Assembly (NCBI GenBank): GCA_005799745.1
Contig: SYFY01000120.1
Span: forward strand, 24,126-88,125
DNA from: Gammaproteobacteria bacterium
GTDB taxonomy: Bacteria > Pseudomonadota > Gammaproteobacteria > Pseudomonadales > Azotimanducaceae
Reading direction: 5' to 3'
Length of the DNA: 64,000 bases
Position numbers and translations under genes: made by a program. Under the pieces are notes generated by a model. That model was not told the origin of the DNA and did no database searches. It saw only the letters and a program-made list of their open reading frames with translations. Below are positions 56,641-64,000 of the stretch, in pieces. Within the stretch, counting starts at the first letter, position 1. Each line of letters begins with the position of its first letter.

Positions 56641-57122
56641 TCGGGTCGAGATTCGCGGAGACCCAGCGCAGAGGCAGCACTAAGCCCCTGATACGAACTC
56701 GACGCTGCCGCCGACAGGAAAACGCCCTTCGGCACACTCCATCATGGCGATATCTTCGTGTTTGCTCAGGATGAAGGCATCGGCGCCTGGTTCATAACCT
56801 TCGCCTGGAATGCGATGCACCGGTGCCTCGGCATGGAGGTTGTTGCAGGCTTCGCACCAATGTCCCTGTACGCCCGGCGAGAAGAGATCGACGCGTTAGC
56901 GGGCATGCGGACTTCGCATGGCGCCGGCGTTGATGCATCGGTAACGCCAGTGGGGTCCGGTGCTACTCTGCAGACAATTCTCGGATCGCCGTGGACGATC
57001 GACGTACGTGGTCCCTACACTACGGGCAGGAGTCCAATTGCGTGGTAGCGACGGGATCAGGGTGTGTAGCACTCACCGTCATCGACTGCGACAGAATCAC
57101 GATGTTGATCGGGAGGAGAATC

Positions 57123-57347
57123 ATGCGTCTAAGGCACGCCTACAGCGGCTACATCTACGAATCTACCGACGACGCTCACGTCAAGGTGAGTGATCCAAAG
57201 ACCGGACGATCCGGGCTCTTTACGCCCGACGCCAAGTGGGTATCGGGTGACCTCACCTATGCCGACCACCACATGATCGGCCACATTGGTGGCAAAACGG
57301 CCGAAGGCGCGACGTCCCTCGGTGCGTTCTCTCGTCGTCGCGGGTGA
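57123..57347 (+). CDS. small hypothetical protein (74 aa)
   Basis: The ATG at 57123 follows a strong Shine-Dalgarno GGGAGGAG (57111..57118). Its stop overlaps the ferredoxin GTG start (GTGA). Confidence 0.6.
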   Translation: MRLRHAYSGYIYESTDDAHVKVSDPKTGRSGLFTPDAKWVSGDLTYADHHMIGHIGGKTAEGATSLGAFSRRRG

Positions 57348-57664
57348 ACATCGAAGTCGAACCCGCGCGGATAACATTCGATATCCATGCGGATGAAACC
57401 ATCATTCAGGCGGCGTGGCGTAACGGCTACACTTGGCCCACCATCTGTGGCGGTCAGGGCACCTGCAAAACCTGTGTATTCCAGATCCTTGAAGGCTTCG
57501 AGCACCTCTCCCCTGTTGAAGCCTGGGAAGATACCGGATTGCGCAGCTTAGCTGATTCGTTACCCAACAAAGGACAGGGCTACCGACTTGCCTGTCAGGC
57601 CAAGGTTCATGCTGATATTCGTCTCAGAAAAATCGGAGTGAGGAAACAACATGGCAACAGTTGA
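57344..57664 (+). CDS. plant-type [2Fe-2S] ferredoxin
   Basis: ICGGQGTCKTCVFQI...YRLACQAKV cysteine pattern. Confidence 0.85.
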   Translation: MNIEVEPARITFDIHADETIIQAAWRNGYTWPTICGGQGTCKTCVFQILEGFEHLSPVEAWEDTGLRSLADSLPNKGQGYRLACQAKVHADIRLRKIGVRKQHGNS

Positions 57665-59108
57665 TACCAAGAAAACCAAGGGTCCCGCCAAGACAGGGCC
57701 TGTCAAAACGGCACAGGCTAGGGCGAACAGAGCACTGCCTCCCGGTTACGCACGATCCAGAGGCAAACAAGTCCAGGAACTGCTCGATGAAGAAACCGTC
57801 GAAGTACCCTGGCAACTGCGCCACTCTGAGTTCACGTATCTCGGCTCCGCACCCCTTTCGCGTGAGCACTACATCTCCAAAGAATGGGCGGAACGTGAAA
57901 TTGAGAAGTTGTGGTCCAAGGTCTGGCAACTCGCCTGCTTCGAGCAGGACATTCCCGAGATCGGTGACCACATCGTTTATGACATCGTGGACTGGTCGTT
58001 CATCATCGTTCGTACCACCAACAACGAAGTTAAGGCGTTTTACAATTCCTGCTTGCATCGTGGCAGACAGTTGTGTGAGAACCAGTCGGAATCGGCCAAC
58101 TCACCAGAGTTTCGTTGCCCCTTCCACGGCTTGTCCTGGAACCTTGACGGTTCTCTGAAACAAATCCCGCCATCCATCGAATTCGACTTCCCGCATGTGG
58201 ACAAGAAGAAGTTCGGCTTGCCAGAAGTTCGATGTGAAATCTGGGATGGTCTCGTCTTCATCAACATCGACGACAACGCCGAACCGCTGCTCGACTTCCT
58301 CGGAGACATCACCAAACACTTCGAACGCTGGCCTTTTGCCACGCGCTGGAAAGCGACACACACCGCCAAGGTGATCGACTGCAACTGGAAGATTGCGCAG
58401 GAAGCCTTCATGGAAGCCTTCCATGTCCTGGCGACGCATCCGCAGATGAGCATCGGTCTCCTGGGTGGTGATGGTTCCAACACCGAATACAACATCTATG
58501 ACGACGGTAATGCGAACTGGAGCCGAATGACCATGGCGCCGCCGATGCCCAACCCCAATCTCCCCTATGAACTCACCGAGCGGGAACTGATTGAAGAGAT
58601 GTTCTATCGCGGCGAGTCGGTCAGTGAAATGGGTGTGCAGAAGATGTCGGGCAGCATCAACGATCTGCCGGATAACATCACCACAAGAAAACTGTTAGCG
58701 GATGCGGCGCGTGCACGTGGCACACCCGGTTTTGTCGGGCTGCCACCCACCGATATGGAGCTGACCTCCGCCATTCAGTACCACATCTTCCCCAATATCT
58801 CGCCGTGGCCCGGTCCGATCTTCTATCGCTACCGTCCCTACGGCCATGATCCTGACAAGTGCATCTTCGAGATCATGATGATGGTGAGTCTGCCGAAGGA
58901 CCAGCCGCGGCCTCCCGCAGCGAAGATCAAGTGGTTAGGCCCTGACGAACAGTTCGGCAGCATCTTCAATCAGGACGTTGAAAACGTAGCGCGAGTACAG
59001 CGCGGCATGAAAGCCGCCAAGCCACCGGGTCATCTCACCCTCACCAATTACCAGGACATCAAGGTGCGTTGGCATCACCGCTTGTTGGAGAAATGGTTGA
59101 ACGCCTGA
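57651..59108 (+). CDS. Rieske [2Fe-2S] non-heme-iron oxygenase, alpha-subunit type
   Basis: Rieske motif CLHRGRQLC...FRCPFHGLSW. Mononuclear-iron region EAFMEAFHVLATHP. Overlaps the ferredoxin gene by 14 nt. Confidence 0.9.
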   Translation: MATVDTKKTKGPAKTGPVKTAQARANRALPPGYARSRGKQVQELLDEETVEVPWQLRHSEFTYLGSAPLSREHYISKEWAEREIEKLWSKVWQLACFEQDIPEIGDHIVYDIVDWSFIIVRTTNNEVKAFYNSCLHRGRQLCENQSESANSPEFRCPFHGLSWNLDGSLKQIPPSIEFDFPHVDKKKFGLPEVRCEIWDGLVFINIDDNAEPLLDFLGDITKHFERWPFATRWKATHTAKVIDCNWKIAQEAFMEAFHVLATHPQMSIGLLGGDGSNTEYNIYDDGNANWSRMTMAPPMPNPNLPYELTERELIEEMFYRGESVSEMGVQKMSGSINDLPDNITTRKLLADAARARGTPGFVGLPPTDMELTSAIQYHIFPNISPWPGPIFYRYRPYGHDPDKCIFEIMMMVSLPKDQPRPPAAKIKWLGPDEQFGSIFNQDVENVARVQRGMKAAKPPGHLTLTNYQDIKVRWHHRLLEKWLNA

Positions 59109-59119
59109 GGCTTTTCGTA

Positions 59120-59149
59120 AAGGAAGGTCTGATTAACCAGACCTTCCTT
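59120..59149 (+). terminator. 12-bp stem hairpin after the Rieske oxygenase gene
   Basis: AAGGAAGGTCTG attaac CAGACCTTCCTT. Only a weak T-tract follows. Confidence 0.5.
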
Positions 59150-59378
59150 CCTCATCCGGGGATGCACCGACGTTCTCACTGTGTATATCGCAGAGAAGTT
59201 GCGAGGAGCGCTTGATTCCACGAGGGCACACCACGCCAAACCCCCTACTGCGATGCCTTCTCCAGCAACCGATGACACCCGCCAAGATATGCAAATATGT
59301 CAATAAAAACAAAATCATGGGTTGCCCATATCGGCGAGTATGGGTATGGCCTTTACCACTGATGTGAATGATTGAGGC

Positions 59379-59633
59379 GTGACTGTAAAGACAACCCTCG
59401 ATATCAAAGATGAGTTGTTGGTGAGTGCGAAAAAACTGGCGGAGAGCACCGGGCATACTCGACGGTCGGTGGTCGAAGAGGGATTGCGACGGGTTCTATC
59501 GAATCGGCTCAACCTCCCCTGTTTTGTTCTAGACGACTGCAGCGTCGGCACGACAGGTGGTGTTGACCCCCGCGAATCGTTGAGCTGGCAACATCTTCGT
59601 AAGGAAATCTATGGAGAGCCCGTTCGTCGATGA
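59379..59633 (+). CDS. vapB: type II antitoxin, VapB-like
   Basis: MTVKTTLDIKDELLVSAKKLAESTGHTRRSVVEEGLRRVL. ATGA overlap with the PIN-domain frame. Confidence 0.7.
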   Translation: MTVKTTLDIKDELLVSAKKLAESTGHTRRSVVEEGLRRVLSNRLNLPCFVLDDCSVGTTGGVDPRESLSWQHLRKEIYGEPVRR

Positions 59634-60145
59634 TCACTGTCGACTCCAACGTACTAGTCTACGCGCATCGCCGGGGATCCCGTTTCCACGAGCGCTGGCA
59701 CGACGTCGTCCACGCGCTCGCTGAAGGACGTGAACGCTAGGCAATACCCTCGCCGTGCCTTCACGAATTTTTCAGAGTGGTGACCCACCCACGCATTTGG
59801 AAACGTGAAGCCAGTTAGTCGGTTGCTGCCGGCAAACAGATCCACGCATGGATGAGCTCGCCAACACTAATGATGGTGAACGAGAACGACATGTTCGCAG
59901 AGGTCCTGCTGCCCATGATCCAGCAGCCGCGAGTGCGTGGACCCATTGTCCATGACGCTCGAATCGCCGCGTTGTGCCTGGAACATGGTGTCGGCACCGT
60001 CGATGGCGTGCACGAACTCCTCTTCAACACCGCCGAGGATCAATCGGAACACCAGGACCATTCAATGACCAACATTCCGATGCTGGTGGAGTTTCGAAAA
60101 CTCCTGAACGACTGGGAGGCGAGTATCGCAGCCGCACCTTCATAA
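59630..60145 (+). pseudogene. vapC: VapC (PIN-domain) toxin gene with two in-frame TAG codons (59738..59740, 59816..59818)
   Basis: One frame reads MITVDSNVLVYAHRRGSRFHERWHDVVHALAEGRER*AIPSPCLHEFFRVVTHPRIWKREAS*SVAAGKQIHAWMSSP...IVHDARIAALCLEHGV. The 3' part is also divergent, so the end is uncertain. Confidence 0.7.
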
Positions 60146-60155
60146 ACGGACAGCA

Positions 60156-60834
60156 CTACGCCATCCGCGACCTCGCCACGGCCTTGATCTCTTCGATAAA
60201 GGCTGTGGCCCCCATCGCGCCCGTGACTTGTCCCGCAAGCTCGGGACCTGCAAGTTCCGGCCGACCAGAACCGTACGGTGGCTCCGGCGCGTACTCGAGG
60301 AAGAGCTCAACCATACGTCCGTAGTCATCGCCTGCGAGTGTGCCGATCAGCGATAGCCCGACATCAATGCCCGCTGTCACCCCACCACCCGACATACGAT
60401 TGCGATCGATCACCACACGCTGATTGCAAGGCGTCGCACCAAACTCTGCGAGCTGATCCCGCACCGCCCAATACGACGAGGCGCGATAACCCTTGAGCAG
60501 TCCTGCCGCACCGAGGATCAACGATCCCATTCAGACACTGACTAACCATTTTGTTCTGGCGCCGCGATCAGCAAAAAAAGGCCATGGCGGCATCGTCTTT
60601 CATCACATCGAGCGTCGCTTGGGCGGCACCACCAATAATCAGAATGTCAGGGTCTGCAAACGCGTTCGCGAACGAATGGGACGCCACCAGTTGCAAGCCA
60701 TTGTCAGAACGCACGGGACCTGCGTCTTTCCACACAGTCTGAATCTCAGCGCCCGGCAAAAAGCCGAGTGCCTGCATCGGACCAACCAGGTCGAGGGCTG
60801 TCATGCCGGGAAAAAGTACTGCAATGATTTTCAT
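60156..60834 (-). pseudogene. DJ-1/PfpI family gene with a homopolymer frameshift and TGA at the nucleophile-Cys position
   Basis: Track ORF 60568..60834 (MKIIAVLFPGMTALDLVGP...ILIIGG) and 60156..60530 (GSLILGAAGLLKGYRASSYW...SGGGVTAGIDV...EYAPEPPY) join via the A7/T7 run 60573..60579. The intervening frame reads ADRGARTKWLVSV*MGS, with TGA 60531..60533 where the family has Cys. Confidence 0.75.
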
Positions 60835-60866
60835 TTGAGTTGACTCCGTTGATTAGAAAAAGAGGT

Positions 60867-62264
60867 TCAGCGCCCCGGTGGGATATTCGCGTTCATTCTG
60901 AAGAGGTTATCCGGATCGTATTTCGCCTTGATGTTTCGCAGCCGCGCATATTTCGCCCCGAATGAAGCACGCACCGCTTCGGGTTTGTCATCCAGCGCCG
61001 CATGGTTGAGATAAGTCGATCCATTGAGGTGACCTTCCATCGCACTCCACAGCTCTTTCAACCAACTGATGTGGTGTGCACTCTCGGACGGCTCTGCCCA
61101 TTGGCCGATGACGTCGATGTCCCATTGAGGCTTACGTACACCGAAGGCCATCGCCGCTGGATCCACCCGGCTGATCGCCCCGTGCAGATAGAACATCAAT
61201 AGTGCGCTCATCGGTGAACTGAATCGGCCGGCGCCGTCGACCATCACATCAATCAGCGCATCCGACAACTGTTCGGTAAACGCGGACCGCCAATAACGTT
61301 GCAGTCCATGCACCGCGTTGGGCTCATCCAGCTGCACCTGACGTTGGCCGTACGACATCGCGGTCACCGTGTCGGCAACGGGTCGTCCAAACGCTCTCAC
61401 TGGCGCCATCACCTTCTGACCTTCGGCTATCGGACCGTTGTAACCGACCATCAAACCCAGGAGCGGCATGCCGTCGGGCGACGTCAATAAGCCGCAGTTG
61501 ATTTCCGCGGCGTCTGGCAACGTTGGACAGACATCACGATAGAAACGCAGTACCTCTTTCGCTGCCGCAAGGGGGTGCAACACGAGACCACCCAACACTT
61601 CGCCTACCGCGTGCAATTGATACTCGAACTCAGTCACGACCCCAAAGTTCCCGCCACCGCCACGAATGGCCAAGAAGAGATCCACGTATTCGGTAGAGCT
61701 CGCCGTTCGGATTTCACCGTCAGCGGTGACGACGCGGGCGCCAATGAGGTTATCGACCGTTGCACCATACAAACCGCTCAACCAACCGATGCCACCACCG
61801 AGGGTCAATCCTCCAATGCCTGTATTGGAGACAGTGCCTCCCGTCGTCGCGAGCCCGTGGACTTGTGTGGCGTTGTCAAACTCGTTCCACAACGCGCCCC
61901 CTTCGGCGCGAGCGGTGCGGCGGATTGGATCAACGCTTACGGCTCGCATCCGGGTGAGGTCAATCACCAGACCACCATCATTGACGCCGTAACCCGCCGC
62001 GCTATGACCGCCACCGCGTACCGAGGTAACCAATGAATGTTCGCGAGCGAAGGTGACGGCCTACCGAACATCCGCGGCACAGGTGCAACGAACAATCAAA
62101 CCTGGGCGACGATCCACGTTGCCGTTCCAGACTCTACGTGCGGAAGCGTAGTCGGCATGTGTCGGAGTAATCAGCTGGCCTTTGAGCTGTCGGCGCAATG
62201 TCGGTACGGCGGAGTCGCCGACGAGACGATGTCCACCGTCGCGAGATGTCAGATTCATCATCAA
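60867..62264 (-). pseudogene. FAD-linked (BBE/PCMH-type) oxidase gene with one in-frame TAG (62061..62063)
   Basis: Track ORFs 62061..62264 (...YASARRVWNGNVDRRPGLIVRCTCAADVR*) and 60867..62033 (..VTSVRGGGHSAAGYGV...) share one frame, 10 codons apart. C-terminal ...YDPDNLFRMNANI is typical of the family. Confidence 0.75.
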
Positions 62265-62405
62265 CCTGTACAGGCGGCTTCAAGCCGCGAGGCATTCAAA
62301 GCTAACACAACCCCCACAAAGGGCTCAGCGGTAAGGACGAGACCGCTGTAAGCTGCACAACATTACTCCTCGAACTCTCCAAGCGCCTGAGGCGCCAAAT
62401 CTTCC

Positions 62406-63773
62406 ATGTTGTTTTCCGAACTGAGCCTGAGCGCCGAGCTCGCCCAAGGTATTGCCGACGCCGAGTTTATCGAAATGACGGCGGTGCAAACTGCCTGCGT
62501 CCCGACCATCTTGTCCGGAGGCGACGTCATCGCCCAGGCACATACCGGCAGCGGTAAAACCGTGGCCTTGGCCTTGGGGCTTCTGGCAGCGCTGGATCGC
62601 ACCAAAGACACTGTGCAGGGCCTTGTTTTATGTCCGACCCGTGAACTCGCGGATCAGGTCAGCCGGGAAATCCGTCGCCTCGCCCATGCCATCCCCAACG
62701 TGAAAGTGTTGACCTTGTGTGGCGGCGTACCTTTGCGCCCCCAACTGGTGTCGTTATCGCAGCTACCCCACATCGTGGTCGGTACACCGGGACGTATTCA
62801 GGACCTCATCGAGCGTCAGGCCCTGCCCCTCAAAACCGTGAAGGTTTTGGTGCTCGACGAAGTGGATCGCATGCTCGACATGGGTTTCGCCGAGATCATC
62901 GAAACGGTGGTCAACGTGATACCGAAGCAGCGCCAGACCCTGCTCTTCTCCGCCACCATTCCTCCGGATATCCGCACCATCAGTCGCCGCTTGCAGCGGG
63001 ACCCACTCGATGTGTGCATCGAAGGTGAAGACACGCGGCCGCTCATCGATCAACGTTTTTTTAGCGTCGAAGTTGAACAGAAATTTCCCGCGTTGCGGGC
63101 GCTGTTACTCGAATTCAAGCCGGAGTCGGCGGTGGTGTTTTGCAACACCCGCGAAGCTGTTCGGGGTGTCGCCGCAGAACTTCATCGGCAGGGGTTCGCC
63201 GTGCTGTCATTGCACGGCGAGCTCGATCAACGGGAGCGCGAGGAGATGCTGGTGCGATTCGCGAATCGAAGTTGCAATGTGTTGGTCGCCTCCGATGTGG
63301 CTGCGCGGGGATTGGACATCGCCGATCTCGCCATGGTGATCAACTACGACCTTGCGAATGACGCCGATACCCACCTACACCGCATCGGCCGAACGGGGCG
63401 TGCGGGACGAAGTGGTCATGCGTTGAGCCTCTGTTCGAGTGCTGAGTCTGGTCGGCTACGCGCGATTGCCGACGTCATCAAGTCGCCGTTTCAATGGGGA
63501 CAACTCACAACGCCTTCCGGTCTTCCAACGCCTGCACCGTTCGTCACCCTGGTGATTGATGCGGGTCGTCAGGACAAACTCCGCCCTGGTGATGTGCTCG
63601 GCGCACTCACGGGCACCACCGGTCTTAAAGCCGCGGCCATCGGCAAGATCGACGTTTTTGCATCTCGCACCTATGTGGCGATCGAACGTAAAGCGGTGGA
63701 GAAGGCACTGAAGGGTTTACGCGCTGGCAAAATCAAAGGTAGAACCTTCCGTGTACGTGAGCTTGAAATCTGA
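62406..63773 (+). CDS. dbpA: ATP-dependent RNA helicase DbpA
   Basis: Q-motif/motif [32 protein letters not shown], plus the C-terminal DbpA RNA-binding domain ([15 protein letters not shown]...IGKIDVF). Confidence 0.85.
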   Translation: MLFSELSLSAELAQGIADAEFIEMTAVQTACVPTILSGGDVIAQAHTGSGKTVALALGLLAALDRTKDTVQGLVLCPTRELADQVSREIRRLAHAIPNVKVLTLCGGVPLRPQLVSLSQLPHIVVGTPGRIQDLIERQALPLKTVKVLVLDEVDRMLDMGFAEIIETVVNVIPKQRQTLLFSATIPPDIRTISRRLQRDPLDVCIEGEDTRPLIDQRFFSVEVEQKFPALRALLLEFKPESAVVFCNTREAVRGVAAELHRQGFAVLSLHGELDQREREEMLVRFANRSCNVLVASDVAARGLDIADLAMVINYDLANDADTHLHRIGRTGRAGRSGHALSLCSSAESGRLRAIADVIKSPFQWGQLTTPSGLPTPAPFVTLVIDAGRQDKLRPGDVLGALTGTTGLKAAAIGKIDVFASRTYVAIERKAVEKALKGLRAGKIKGRTFRVRELEI

Positions 63774-64000
63774 TGTCTGATTTTGCAGCGACCGGGCTCA
63801 ACCCTGCGGGACAGTGGGCGGCATCAGCGCGCGGATATGCCACACCCACCGCCGTACAACTCGCGGCGATCCCGGCGATTCTCGAAGGGCGCGATGTGTG
63901 GGCCTGCGCGCAAACCGGCTCTGGTAAAACCGCGGCATTTGCGCTGCCGATCATCGAACGTTGTGCTGCGCATGAAGCCGGCCACCCGCTTCTGGCGCTG
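63773..64000 (+). CDS. second DEAD-box helicase, N-terminal part (continues beyond the window)
   Basis: My translation: [61 protein letters not shown]. The start overlaps the dbpA stop as TGATG. Confidence 0.8.
   Translation, partial: MSDFAATGLNPAGQWAASARGYATPTAVQLAAIPAILEGRDVWACAQTGSGKTAAFALPIIERCAAHEAGHPLLAL

Noticed and set aside
1-64000. Alternative genetic code (TGA or TAG read as sense) as the explanation for the many in-frame stops.
   Set aside because: The well-conserved genes in the window terminate at TGA or TAG exactly where their families end (for example 1336..1989 and 2032..4071, both ending in TGA). Several lesions are frameshifts or truncations, which recoding cannot explain.

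Overview
This is a GC-rich, proteobacterial-type chromosome segment. I saw no rRNA, CRISPR array, transposase or integrase. All family names come from motif recognition by eye on the supplied translations and my own translations; no database search was possible.

The window is dominated by catabolic and redox enzymes: three acyl-CoA-dehydrogenase-fold genes, two fumarylacetoacetate-hydrolase (FAH) family genes, two amidohydrolase-2 paralogues, several SDR/ADH/LLM oxidoreductases, a crotonase, a family III CoA-transferase, a sulfotransferase, a Rieske oxygenase operon and two TonB-dependent receptors. Housekeeping-type genes are ribB(A), bcp, dbpA and one tRNA-Arg(TCG).

The most striking property is the condition of the genes. 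At least ten otherwise recognisable genes are broken by in-frame stop codons, repeat or homopolymer frameshifts, or 5'/3' truncation. The damage is concentrated around the tRNA-Arg (36.4-39.8 kb) and in a 9-kb stretch (53.4-62.3 kb). In that stretch, essentially only a three-gene small-ORF/ferredoxin/Rieske operon and a VapB antitoxin remain intact.

Other follow-up candidates:
- an amidohydrolase translationally coupled to a COG0523 GTPase, next to a TfoX-domain gene
- an orphan rfbF-DUF4910-penicillin-acylase gene string
- a lower-GC orphan membrane protein flanked by long non-coding DNA
- an 11-bp-periodic tandem repeat
- a DUF169/nitroreductase module
- a sulfotransferase/CoA-transferase pair
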